The position numbers were made by a program, and so were the translations under genes. A stretch of 63,151 bases of DNA, filler included, from Reclinomonas americana ATCC 50394 (taxonomy: Eukaryota): the NCBI GenBank assembly GCA_048213135.1. It is 6 parts of 2 records of this genome, joined end to end, with 100 filler letters (N's around TTAATTAATTAA, not from the genome) between each part and the next. Parts side by side here need not be neighbours in the genome. Positions count along the whole stretch, not along the records: positions 1 to 17,013 come from PS015026.1; 5 more parts are not named here. The stretch is one strand, 5' to 3'. The notes under the pieces were generated by a model. That model was given only the letters and a program-made list of their open reading frames with translations. It made no database searches and was not told the DNA's origin. Every line of letters starts with the position of its first letter. Position 1 is the stretch's first letter. Shown here one piece after another: positions 1 to 12,024 of the stretch.

Positions 1-748
1 TTTTTCTCCAGCTCAGCCACCTGCTTGGCACGTCGCACACGGTCGTCGGCCAAATCCTGCGCCACCTGCGGATCCCCAGGATTGTAACGCGACCAGGCAT
101 TGCCGTCGCCGCGATACGGAATGATGTAGCTGCCGAGTGGCGGAAACCGCACTCCCCCACCGGCACCAGCGCTCTCTGCTCGTAGAATTGCATCCTCCAC
201 CCACGTGGCGTTGAAGACCACACAAGACTCCTGCTCGACGAGTCTGTGGTGAAAGTGCGAGAGAACGTGTGAGAGAGACGCACACACAGCATTGAAGTGA
301 GAGAATGGAAAGAGCGAAACTGCTTGAGTGGCTCACTGCGTAGCTCGTTATCGCTGGCGGCAAACACGAGGGAGGCGACAGCGGCATTGCTCACTCGGTC
401 GCCACCCTTGGACACTGATGTGGAGAGGAAAGTGAACGACTGACGAGAGATAGAAGGGGGGAAGGCTACGCACCCCACGCATCAGAGATGCGAGCAGGGA
501 CGTCGGCGGTGAAGAAGGCTCGTCGATGAGCAAACATTGTGTGATTGATCGATCACGAAATGGCGCGCAATTTCGTTGTGAACGTTGCAGGAGCAGAGGA
601 AACGCCACCGTTTCTGACGCTGACATGGTGTTGGTTGAGCGATACGACTCGTTTTGCTGCTGCTTGACTGTGGTACTACTTTCGTGGATCCGGAGGTGCA
701 ATCACGAACACATGAAACACTTTGAAGCTTCTTATGCAATACTTATTA

Positions 749-1252
749 TTACAGCTGCTTCTCATACACGACCCAGCGTTGCGGCGCACCCGCACCAGAA
801 GTGTGGACAAAGCCGCTCTCCAAGATGCGCGGCGGCAGGTCGGAGTGCGTGTCGACAAACAAGTGCTCGAAGCAGTTGTACAACGCAGTTCGGTACTCGA
901 GGCAGTTGCCGTGGACCTTGAGGCACGCCAGCCGCATGGCGGCGCCGTTAATGGTGACGACCTCCATGGCCTTCGCCACATCGATGTCGCCTGCGATCTC
1001 CACGTGCACTACTCCGCCGGTGTCGATGTCGTCGCTGTCGCCAACTCTCGGCATCCTAAACAGGAATGCGTCGGGCTCCGCTGGATCCACACCCCAGTCA
1101 CCCGGGCGACGAAGTGCGCCGTGAGAGCACACGGCAAGCGTCAAATCAGCCTTGCCCGGGACTCTCCACACTCGGATGTGCTTGACGACGTTGAAGAGAG
1201 CGGTGTGGAACACGGCGCGTTCGCCAGTGACTTCGATCTGGTGGTATACCAT
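749..1252 (-). CDS. Hypothetical protein, apparently single exon (about 167 aa)
   Basis: Uninterrupted ORF with coding-like GC3 codon use (MVYHQIEVTGERAVFHTALFNVVKH...). No family recognised; 5' end uncertain. Confidence 0.45.
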   Translation of the reverse strand: MVYHQIEVTGERAVFHTALFNVVKHIRVWRVPGKADLTLAVCSHGALRRPGDWGVDPAEPDAFLFRMPRVGDSDDIDTGGVVHVEIAGDIDVAKAMEVVTINGAAMRLACLKVHGNCLEYRTALYNCFEHLFVDTHSDLPPRILESGFVHTSGAGAPQRWVVYEKQL

Positions 1253-2479
1253 CTCTTCTCGCACAGTGAATAGTGAGTTCACCCAACATTCCTAAACCGT
1301 GGCCATCTATACAATCCTTAAAAAATCTACAAGCAAACACACACCACACGGTCTAACAGAATGAGACATAGACAGAGAGAAAAGGAAGAGAGTAACACAA
1401 CATGACTTTAGACGAACGCAAAACAAACCTAACGAAACACATACAGAAGCACCACACTGTCGCAATCTCGGCAGAAACGCGACCGGTCGATGTCACACAC
1501 ACACATGAACACACATAATACACATCCTACAGCCTAGTACCAGGNNNNNNNNNNNNNNNNNNNNNNNNNNNNNNNNNNNNNNNNNNNNNNNNNNNNNNNN
1601 NNNNNNNNNNNNNNNNNNNNNNNNNNNNNNNNNNNNNNNNNNNNNNNNNNNNNNNNNNNNNNNNNNNNNNNNNNNNNNNNNNNNNNNNNNNNNNNNNNNN
1701 NNNNNNNNNNNNNNNNNNNNNNNNNNNNNNNNNNNNNNNNNNNNNNNNNNNNNNNNNNNNNNNNNNNNNNNNNNNNNNNNNNNNNNNNNNNNNNNNNNNN
1801 NNNNNNNNNNNNNNNNNNNNNNNNNNNNNNNNNNNNNNNNNNNNNNNNNNNNNNNNNNNNNNNNNNNNNNNNNNNNNNNNNNNNNNNNNNNNNNNNNNNN
1901 NNNNNNNNNNNNNNNNNNNNNNNNNNNNNNNNNNNNNNNNNNNNNNNNNNNNNNNNNNNNNNNNNNNNNNNNNNNNNNNNNNNNNNNNNNNNNNNNNNNN
2001 NNNNNNNNNNNNNNNNNNNNNNNNNNNNNNNNNNNNNNNNNNNNNNNNNNNNNNNNNNNNNNNNNNNNNNNNNNNNNNNNNNNNNNNNNNNNNNNNNNNN
2101 NNNNNNNNNNNNNNNNNNNNNNNNNNNNNNNNNNNNNNNNNNNNNNNNNNNNNNNNNNNNNNNNNNNNNNNNNNNNNNNNNNNNNNNNNNNNNNNNNNNN
2201 NNNNNNNNNNNNNNNNNNNNNNNNNNNNNNNNNNNNNNNNNNNNNNNNNNNNNNNNNNNNNNNNNNNNNNNNNNNNNNNNNNNNNNNNNNNNNNNNNNNN
2301 NNNNNNNNNNNNNNNNNNNNNNNNNNNNNNNNNNNNNNNNNNNNNNNNNNNNNNNNNNNNNNNNNNNNNNNNNNNNNNNNNNNNNNNNNNNNNNNNNNNN
2401 NNNNNNNNNNNNNNNNNNNNNNNNNNNNNNNNNNNNNNNNNNNNNNNNNNNNNNNNNNNNNNNNNNNNNNNNNNNNNNN

Positions 2480-3862
2480 CCGCAAGGCGGCGGGGAGAGC
2501 GGGCAGGTCAATCGCCGCGCATCCACCGCCACCCGGGTCCTCGTCAGCAATGGCAGCGCCACCGCCACCACCACCACCCGCTGCGCCTCCTCGTTCTCCT
2601 GCGCCACTCTCGAGACCGGCTTCGCGACCACCCTCACGGCCGGCGTCGCCGATCAGTGTGCCGGCACGACCGCCACCACCGTCGGCTCGCCCGGCAGCCG
2701 CTGAATCATCGCGTCCTCANNNNNNNNNNNNNNNNNNNNGCAGCAGCAGCAGCAGCAGCAGCAGAAGCAGCAGCAGCAGTCGCGACCGCCTGTGGCAGCG
2801 GCACGCAGACCCCCGACGAAGCAGAAGAAAAGCGAACCCGCCGTGTCGCCAGCGGCGGCGATTCTGGCGCGTCGTGCGGCTGAGATACAAAGTAGTCCTG
2901 CGCGACCGCCAGTTCGTGCATCACAGCCACCACCACCACCGCCACCACCATCAGCACTGCCGCGTCCACCGCCACCACCACCACCACTGCCGCTACCACC
3001 GCCGCCGCGGCGGTCGCCAGCTGTGCTTCGAACGCCGTTGTCGTCTGGGATGGCGGTATGTGCCTCTGCGTCCTCTCCTGCTCTCGTCACACTGCCAATC
3101 TGACTCGTGTCCCATGCAAAGCAGCGGTCACCAGGGCGTGTGAATCTGGCGCAGTCCATTCTGGCCAAACGACGGTTGGCTCTCGAGCGAGGTGGCTCAT
3201 CGGCGAGCACCGCCCTCAGTGCGCAGTCCATCTTGGCCAAGCGAATGGAAGAAGCACGACACTCGCCACAGCCGCCGAAATCGGCGGTCTCCATTCTTCG
3301 TGCGCGGCAGGAGAAAGTGCTGGGCAAGCGGCCCTTGTCGCCGGCATTCGACGACTCGGATGGAATGACAGATGTGGAGACGGCGCGACAACCAGCGGCA
3401 CGGCGACCACCGTTCAGTCGGTATGGTGGTGGTGGCGGCAGTGCATCCGATGACGCCGCTGAAGAAGACATGTGAGGCGTTGCTTGTTCCCTGTACTCAC
3501 CCCAGTTGCTGCGTCGCTCACCGCACGTGTGCAGCTTGACCGCACAACTTAGCGGTGATCGCTACCGAGCACGTCTCTTCATGCAAGTGCGCGACCCTGA
3601 ACTGCGCAAGAAACTGTGGACAGCCAAGGAGGACATTGTGTGCGTTCCTGCCTTTGTTGTGCAATGTGTGTGTGTGTGTGCGTGCATGCTCACGGTGTTT
3701 GTGAACAGGCTGGCCAACAGATTCCGTGGCGTCACCGATCGCGAGGTGGTCTCCAGTGAGGATCTGAAGTACACGGCCAAACTTCTCGGCCGCGATGTGG
3801 ACGATGTATGGCGGCGTGTTGAATATCTGGGCTGGCGGGTGGCCCACACCTCGTACCCATAG
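2480..3862 (+). CDS. 5'-partial protein with Pro/Ser-rich region and C-terminal Rap1-C (RCT)-like or Myb-like domain
   Basis: The spliced C-terminus ILTAQLSGDRYRARLFMQ...KLWTAKEDIVL...KLLGRDVDDVWRRVEYLGW follows the SG[DE]...W[ST]xxDDxxL...GxxxVxxRxE[FY] pattern of Rap1/TERF2IP C-termini. GT-AG introns start near 3056, 3472 and 3640. Confidence 0.5.
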
Positions 3863-3939
3863 TGACTATAGTGTGGCTGGTGCTGTTTGTTGTTTGTGCA
3901 TGCAATAAGACATGGCAATACTGTCGTCTATATTTGTTC

Positions 3940-4430
3940 TTACTGATCACCACCTGTCAACACGGTGGCCACTTCACCTGCCAGGCGGCACGCTTCGCGC
4001 AGTCTCTCGTGCACACTGGCAAACTCGCGAATGCAGTCAACATACGCCAGCGTGGCGTCCAGCAGCAGAATGCGCTGCTGCCGTTGGACGGGTGACAGGC
4101 AGGTGGCGTTCGTGCTGGCGATAAAGTGCAAGTCATGAGCGCGCTCGCTGTCGATTGTGGCGCGCAGGTAGTTGGAGAACGCTCGACCAGCATCGGCAGC
4201 GCCCAGGGCGTTCTGTTCACACAAAAGCATAGCGTGGAAGTGAGTACCGAAGCTGAAGAACAGCTCTACGTTCTGTATTTGTGATTCACCGACACAATCT
4301 CGGCCAGCGGCTCGTCGGGAACGCACTGCTCCTCGTCCGAGGTGTCGCTGTTCGGTGCCGAGTCGTCGATAATCATGTCGTCAGCGTCACACCACTCCTC
4401 CCACTCGTGTCTCTCCTCGCAGCGGCTCAT
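3940..4430 (-). CDS. Small hypothetical protein (acidic N-terminus, helical C-terminus)
   Basis: MSRCEERHEWEEW...EIVS splices in phase (GTGAAT...AACAG) to NALGAADAG...VLTGGDQ*. Confidence 0.5.
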
Positions 4431-4595
4431 GGTGAATTGAGAGTGTCAGCGTGACTCGGCTCCGCACTTGTCTTGTGACGGTGATTTCTCCGCGACATCG
4501 GCGTGACCTAAGTTTCTCCGCGCGCCACATCACATCGTGTTTTACAACCAGGAAAGCGTCGCTTAAACAAAACGTTTTCCAGTGTACTTTATTAT

Positions 4596-7500
4596 TTACA
4601 AGCCGAGATACGCCTGCGGCGTGCTGTGTGGTGAGTGGCTGTCGAATAATCGCTGTACGCGTTGATTGGCTGCCAGGTCTTGCACATCGCGTCGATCAAT
4701 GGGCACACCCTGCGCGACATTATCAGTGAGTGAGACAAACCGCGCCGTTGGCATTTGCGTGACAACCAACATACCGACAGCTGGGCGTGACTTTGCTGCG
4801 AGACCGGATCGACATCGCCACTGCGTCGCATGCATCACGGGTGAGAGGAGCGTCCGAGACAACCACAGCTGCAGGCAAGCCTCACGACGCAACGACACGC
4901 CCTCCTGACTACCGTACTGACTGCGTCCGCTACGCGGCAAGAACGGGCTGCTGGCGGCCAGATCGGCGGCGGCATCGTCGTCGTCGTAGCCACGGCCAGT
5001 GGGACTGGCTGGCGAGGCCGCAGCACCTGCTCCACTCGCCAGTTGTCGCGCAGCGATTCGCCGTCGGTACATGGTGTACACGACGACGGTGACCAGACCA
5101 ATGAACCCGAGGCAGCCGACAATCATCACAATGGCAAACGCGTATGTCGGATGACAGCCCTGTGTGTGTGTGTGTGTGCGTGTGCAGGGTGAGCGTGACG
5201 AGTGCAGCCAACGGTCACAACTCTCCATCTCTCTCATCGACGAAACAGTAAGATCGTGGTTGGGCGCAAACAGAGCCGAGCAGTACGTGCATTTCATGCC
5301 GTCGCCGTCCTTGGTGAAGAAGCCTGCCGGAGGGAACGCACGGAAGACAATCAGTGACACTGCACGGAAAGACAACATTGCTCGAGATGCGAATCATCAC
5401 CTCCCGGGTCGCACTTGAGACATCCGGAGCGGGTTGGATTGACACGCTCGTCCGGGGCACAGCCCTGGCAAATGTACGCGCCACCTTGCGAGTACGTGTT
5501 CTCCTGGCACGGCGAGCACTGTGTCGTGTTCGACAGCGGTGCGTACTTGCCGGGATCACAGAGCAGACAGTTCGTCAGCCCTGGCTTGTCGGCATACTCG
5601 CCCGGCTGACACATGCTGCACGCTAATTGACCCTGCAGAGCACGCGCGCGCGTGAATACCAGTGCTGTATCGGTGCAAGCACGAAACACAACACGCCAAG
5701 ACATACCTCTAGTGGCTGCGCGGATCCCTGCGGGCACGGGTAGCCCCCTCCCATTCCCTGCGAGAACAGTGAGTGAGTGCCACTGTCATGAATCCAACAA
5801 GACGGCGCCAGAGCAACCACGCACCGACAGTGGACAGTAGTAGCCGGCGGTGCAGTTGTGACAGTTGGCATTGCCTTCGCCAGCCGCGAATTCACCGGGA
5901 AGACACTCCAGACACGCGAGCGAGCCCTGTAGCGAACAAGCAGGCGAGTCAGGCACAGTGGCAAGACAGAGAAAGAGAGGGAGACGCGCACGGTACCTGT
6001 TGTGGAGCAGCCCACCCAGCTTGACACTTGTCGCAGCTGCTGCCACCCTGTGAATATGATGGGTCAGAAAACTGCAACAGACTATCGACAGAGCACACAA
6101 ACAAACACACCGGCTTGTCGCGCACATAGCCCGGCGAGCAGGGAGTGCATCCACGGGCGGAAGGCTTGTCGGCAAAGTGACCAGGTTCACAGTTGAAGCA
6201 TCGGGCAGAACCCTGTACCGAGATGTCCACACAATGAGTATCTCTTGAAGCAATGAGAGAGGGAGGAGAAGACGAGGAGAAATTGTGCGTACCGTGTCGT
6301 TCGTAAAGGTACCCGGTTGGCACGGCAAGCACGGAGTGGATGAGCCCTGCAAAGTGACGAGAATAAGAAAATGGAGAACACAGCTAACGCCGCAGTGCGA
6401 GACAACGCGTACCTCCTGGTCCAGCGCCGAGCCTGGATCACACGGAGTGCATGCGTGTTGTCCGCGGCTCGCAGCAAACTCACCACGCTTGCACTGGTAG
6501 CACTCGGAGAGGCCCTGTGATTCGAGCAGAGTCAGACCGACGCACTCGCCCACTGTGACACGAGCACACACACACCGTCACATTCGCAAACGTGCCAGCA
6601 TTGCAGGGCGAGCACAGCGACTCGTTGTTGGCTTTCGGGCATTGGCCCTTGAGACACACATTCAGGTACGAGCAGCCGAGGCCTGCAGATTTAGCGTGGG
6701 CGACTTGGCATCGAATACTCTCGACACATAGTGACGCAACCACTAAATTCGCCAAAGCCACAGTCGACACACTCAAAGGCACCGACCAGAAACAGTGCTG
6801 CGCACTTGCAAGTCAGACGCACACACAAATGAAGGTAATGCACCAGCTGAGTGGCGACATGCAACAAACCTCGCGACTCCGGCATGAGATTGGAGAACTC
6901 GGGCCTTCTCAGCGCCACCGCCATCCGTCCTTTGGCTTCCGAGTCAAACACTGGCAGCGTGGCCGCCGCACTTGCCAACACCGTCACGTCGTGCGGATCC
7001 GCGTTGAGAACAATCGACGGTGTCGCCGGCGGGGCAGTAGAATTGACGTTGGCCTCTGGCACCGATGGCGCGACTGGCGCGACCTCGCGCTGAGGGGGAG
7101 GTGACATCGTGGTCGCGATTGTCTCCGGCTGAATCGAGGCAGGAACTGCGGTCCGCTGCAACGGCACTCCAGTCGTCGCCGCGGTCGGGATCACAGGCAC
7201 GTCTGGAGTCGCCGTCGAAGCAGGTGTGGCAGGCAAAGTCGGGGTCGTGGGAACTTCCGGCTGCGCAGCTGCTGCTGGCGGCGCTGGTACGACAGCCGAC
7301 GTTGCAGTCGCAGACACTGCAGGAGGAGCTGGGGACACCACTGGTGTCGACGGCAGAGGTACAGCAGTTGGTGTTGGGGTGGAGGGAACCTCTGGTTGCG
7401 CTGCTGCTGTTGCTGGTGATTGGGTCGCAGGCACATCAGGCTGCACAGGTGTTGGCGTCGACGGCGGAGCAACAGCCGGTGTTTGGGTCGCAGGCACTGC

Positions 7501-8821
7501 AGGAGGAGCTGGGGACACCGCTGGTGTCGACGGCAGAGGTACGGTAGCCGGTGTCGGGGTGGAGGGAACCACCGGCTGCGCTGCTGTTGCTGGTGTTGGG
7601 GTCGCAGGCACAGCAGGCTGCGCAGGTGTCGGCGTCGACGGCGGAGCAACAGCCGGTGTTGTGGTTGCAGATACTTCAGAAGGAGCTGGGGACACCGCTG
7701 GTGTCGACGGCAGAGGTACAGCAGTTGGTGTTGGGGTGGAGGGAACCTCTGGTTGCGCTGCTGCTGTTGCTGGTGTTGGGGTCGCAGGCACAGCAGGCTG
7801 CACAGGTGTCGGTGTCGACGGCGGAGCAACAGCCGGTGATTGGGTCGCAGGCACCTCAGGCTGCGCAGGTGTCGGCGTCGACGGCGGAGCAACAGCCGGT
7901 GTTGGGGTCGCAGGCACCGCAGGTTGCGTTGTCGACGGCGGAGCGACAGCAGGCGCTGGATTTACAGGCACCGCAGGCGCCACCGGTGTCGTCGCATTCA
8001 AAGGTGCGACCGTCGCCTCTGGTTGCACCGGCGACGCCACAACGGTCGATGCTGGAGTTGCTGGCGCCTCTGGCTGCACCGGTGGCAACGGCGGTGGAGC
8101 GCCAGAGGTCGGCGTCGCCACAATCGCAGGATGCGCGGGGGTCGTTGTCATCGCCACCGTCACATCAGGCGTCGACGCCGGCGCAGTTGCCGCCACAGAT
8201 GGAGCCGGTGCCGGCACAGAAGGCATCCCAGCCGCCTCTGCTGACGCCGGCTTCACTCCAGCGTCACTTGCCGCAGGTGTCTGCCGTCCAATACACGCAC
8301 ATGAACACTCTCTTCCACACAAACAAACAGCAACACGACCGCCGCACACACACACACGCACCTTGTGGCCCACATCCCCACCCGGCACCACCTCCACCTC
8401 ACTCAACCACTCTTGCGCCACCGCATCATCGTCATCGTCATCATCGTCATCATCATTACCACCCTCGCCATCCGCCACCACTCTCCGCTGCTGATACCGC
8501 GTAGCATCCAACTCCTGCGCCAACCTCTCCAGCATGGCATCCACCGAATCCTCCGCCACTACCCCGCACGTGTCAAAACACAACCAGCGTGTGAGAAGAA
8601 TTACTCGACAAAAAGCACTCACCACTGCTCGTCGTTGCCGTCCTTCTCCTCCTCGCCGCCGCTGCCACAGTTGCCGCTCTTCTTTGACGCACACCACGTT
8701 GTTGCTCTTGCTCGCTACTACTCGGCGACATGGCCGCCACCACAACAACAACAGCACAAAGCATCACCACGCATAACACCACCACGCGTGTGTGCGGTGA
8801 TAATGACACTCGCATCCTCAT
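4596..8821 (-). CDS. Type I membrane protein: signal peptide, mucin-like P/A/T repeats, Cys-rich GCC2/GCC3 (ephrin-receptor-like) repeats, one TM helix, cytoplasmic tail
   Basis: Hydrophobic N-terminus (VVVLCVVMLCAVVVVVAA). Long PAT-rich exon about 6860-8280. Repeated CxxCxPGxF/Y units (CEPGHFADKPSARGCTPCSPGY, CLPGEFAAGEGNANCHNCTAGYYC). TM AFAIVMIVGCLGFIGLVTVVVYTMY followed by RRR. Confidence 0.8.
7300..7960 (-). repeat. Coding tandem repeat: about 180-nt higher-order units built from about 60-nt subunits, encoding the mucin-like stalk
   Basis: GGAGCTGGGGACACC(A/G)CTGGTGTCGACGGCAGAGGTAC recurs at about 7325, 7505 and 7682. GTCGACGGCGGAGCAACAGCCGG recurs at 60-180 nt spacing. Confidence 0.9.
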
Positions 8822-8997
8822 CACAAACGAGAGAGAGAGATCACGGCCACACAAAACGCGTGGAAAAAGTGTGCGTGAGCGCGCGTTGGACAGTCACAGG
8901 CTCCAATATGCGCGAGCGGCGTCTGTCCACTGTCTTCGCGCGCATTCGTGTTGGATCCACTTTCATCAAAGTGTCGCAGTGAGCGCGAGTTGTCGGC

Positions 8998-11997
8998 ATG
9001 GATCGTGGATACTCTTTGTCACCACATGTGCCTCCACCGCCGCCGCCGCCGCCTGTTTCGCAAGTGAGATCTGGGTCTGCGCTGATGGGACGACGGGCAC
9101 CGCCACCTCTCGCTCCCATTCGAGCGCCTCAGCGTGTGGGCAGTCGCGAGGGTGATGGTGGTGAGGAGGATGAGGACGAGGAGAATCGGCTGGTGGGTGG
9201 TGGAGGGAGGAAGACGGATCCGCTGGATCGGATTGCGNNNNNNNNNNNNNNNNNNNNNNNNNNNNNNNNNNNNNNNNNNNNNNNNNNNNNNNNNNNNNNN
9301 NNNNNNNNNNNNNNNNNNNNNNNNNNNNNNNNNNNNNNNNNNNNNNNNNNNNNNNNTGTTCCGATGCGCTGCTGTCGCACCGCCCCGTCGGTCTCTGCAA
9401 CATTGGCAACACGTTGCGTGCGATGGACAACTGGACTCGTGTTGCTTGTGGCTGACTCTCTCCGGCATGCACAGATGCTACTTGAATTCGTTGCTGCAGT
9501 GCTTGAATGCGTCGCCTGGGCTCATGAAGTTTGCGAACACTGATGAGTTCGCGGAGCGTGAGTGGTGTACCATGTTTGTTTTCCGAAACGAGTGCGATCG
9601 GCTGATGTGAATTCATCATCCCTCAATGTCGTGCGCAGGTGCACGAGGTACTGACGTGCTGGTGCTTCTTCGCATCATGGCCGTCCACATGCGCAATCCA
9701 GAGCTCAAACGACCCCTCACTCCCACCGTCTTTGTCAAGAAGCTCCACTGTTGCGTTCTGCAGCACATTTGATGGGAGCAAGAACTGGTTGACTCACACT
9801 CGCTCCGGTGTAGTGATTGGCGCTGACTTTGAACGGGGCCGAGAGGAGGACGCACACGAGTTTTTCATCATGCTCCTCGACAAGTGTCATTACGATTGGC
9901 TCGCCTCGCTACGGTGAGCAAAATATCGCTGACTGCGTGCCTGCACTTCTTGCAGCTGACACAATGCATGCAGTCGACCCGTGTTGGACCCGAGGATCAA
10001 GGAGACCACACCCACAAATCAGTTCTTTGCTGGCGTGCTGGAGAGCTCGGTAAGGGGGACACTCTTCGGCGTCCCCTCGGCATCGATCCGCTGATCAGCA
10101 CAACACAGGTCACGTGCAAGAGGTGTGGATATGTAAGTCGAGCGTACGACCAGTACATGGACCTGAGCTTGGACATCAAGCACGTGACAACGTTGGGAGA
10201 GGCCTTGGCGCGCTTCTGTGGACAAGAAAAGATGGATGTGTCGGAGGGCTACAAGTGTGACAGGCAAGTGTGACGATCGACNNNNNNNNNNNNNNNNNNN
10301 NNNNNNNNNNNNNNNNNNNNNNNNNNNNNNNNNNNNNNNNNNNNNNNNNNNNNNNNNNNNNNNNNNNNNNNNNNNNNNNNNNNNNNNNNNNNNNNNNNNN
10401 NNNNNNNNNNNNNNNNNNNNNNNNNNNNNNNNNNNNNNNNNNNNNNNNNNNNNNNNNNNNNNNNNNNNNNNNNNNNNNNNNNNNNNNNNNNNNNNNNNNN
10501 NNNNNNAGAAACGATCCTTGCACGCAGTTGAAAGCGCCACGTTGCAGGTGCAAGGTTCCGGTGCCGGCCACCAAGAAACTGTCCATCTTTCGAACCTCCC
10601 CACTGCTGGTCATCCACTTTAAGCGATTTGCGTTTGGCGGCTACGCTGGCAAGGTCGGCCATCCGGTGTCGTACCCGCAATTCATGAATCTGAAACCGTT
10701 CACGGTGTTCCAGGTGAGCAGTGCGCGCCTCTCTGCACCTTGCATGCATCCGTTCAACTGAGACCAACCATTGCCTGCAGGACGAGTCCAAGTACGAGCT
10801 GTACGCCGTGCTTGTCCATCTTGGGTCGTCGGTGCATTATGGGCATTACTACGCCGTCGTCCGCACCAGCAACGGATGGTACCGCACCGACGACGATGAG
10901 GTAATGAGTGTTTGAGTGCATGCACCCTTGTCACGTATGTGTGCTCTCATCACCGCACGCAGGTCATGGCGGAGCGGCCCGATGATGCTCTGCAGGAGAA
11001 GGCCTACATGCTGTTCTATCGCCGATTATCCGCCGGACCACCACGTGATCGAGTGTCACCACTGCCGGCATCCTCGAGTCACGCACCCAATCACTATCCT
11101 CCACCACCGCCCGGGTGGACTGCGGTCTCTTGTTGCGTGGCGTGCAGTTATCTTGGTGCAGTCAGTCGACAGCATCACCGATTCCCCGCTTGTTGCAGCC
11201 ACGAACGGATCGTCTTCCACCGCCACCACCACCACCACCACGACAACAACAACAGCAGCAGCCGCCGCATCGACAGCAAAAACGGTTAGCGGACCAAGAA
11301 CAACAAATGGCCATGCGAAACTTCCTCCTCCACCACCGCCGCCACCACCACCACCGCCGCCACCACCACCACCACTGCCGGAACCACCTGAATCATCAAG
11401 TGCGAGGGGCGATGATGTTGAGATGGGGACGCGAGAGGCTGCTGTTCTCGGTCTCCGATTGCTGCACAATCCACGGTTTACGGATACGTGCGTGCTGAGG
11501 GGAAGCCAACGATGTCAAAGTCATGCATCTGGGCGCTGACTGAATAGTGTGCACAGACTGAAAGAGCGGTTCCGGTCGCACATTGAAGGCGACCACGAGT
11601 TCACAGAGTCGGTGGAGACACTCCTGCGTGGTACGTGTGACGCGCTGCCGTGAGCACTCGCAGCGTCGTCTCTCTTTAACACGTTGTGGTGGTGGCGTCG
11701 CAGAGCGCAATGCGGGCGGTTCGTTCAAGTCTGGCGACGAAGAAATGCTGGTCGCAGGAGCCCGAAAAGAGCTCAATGGTGAGTGTGTTTGCACTGTGGT
11801 TTAGTGCATGCATGGTCAGTCTCCTCACCAAACACGCAGCCTTGATTCCGCCCAAATCGAAAAAGTTTGCTGTCGACATGTTTCGAGAGGTCTGTTTCAC
11901 TGTCACCTGCCCCTCCCAACCCACTCGTCGCACTCACCAACTTGGTCTGCAGTTTTGTTTGCACATAATGAGAGACTCGGCCGAAGACGATGAATGA
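8998..11997 (+). CDS. Ubiquitin-specific protease (peptidase C19, USP36/42-like)
   Basis: Cys box GLCNIGNT|CYLNSLLQCL across intron 9413-9474; GREEDAHEF; CxxC pairs; His box HLGSSVHYGHYY...WYRTDD; KAYMLFY. Confidence 0.92.
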
Positions 11998-12024
11998 ATG
12001 TATACAACGCCCTTTTACATCTCA

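Noticed and set aside
1-700. Short ORFs at the window start
   Set aside because: No motif or convincing exon chain; a gene start near 193 on the minus strand cannot be supported.
1493-2637. ORF-track entries made mostly of X (here and at other gaps)
   Set aside because: They are translations of N runs.
3101-3103. In-frame TGA between ORFs 2792-3103 and 3107-3475 as a second Sec or read-through site
   Set aside because: It lies inside a GTATGT...AG intron starting at 3056.
7300-7960. CRISPR-like array
   Set aside because: There are no unique spacers; it is a coding tandem repeat in a eukaryotic gene.
7226-8494. Long plus-strand Gly/Val/Ala-rich ORFs
   Set aside because: They are antisense shadows of the mucin repeat exon.
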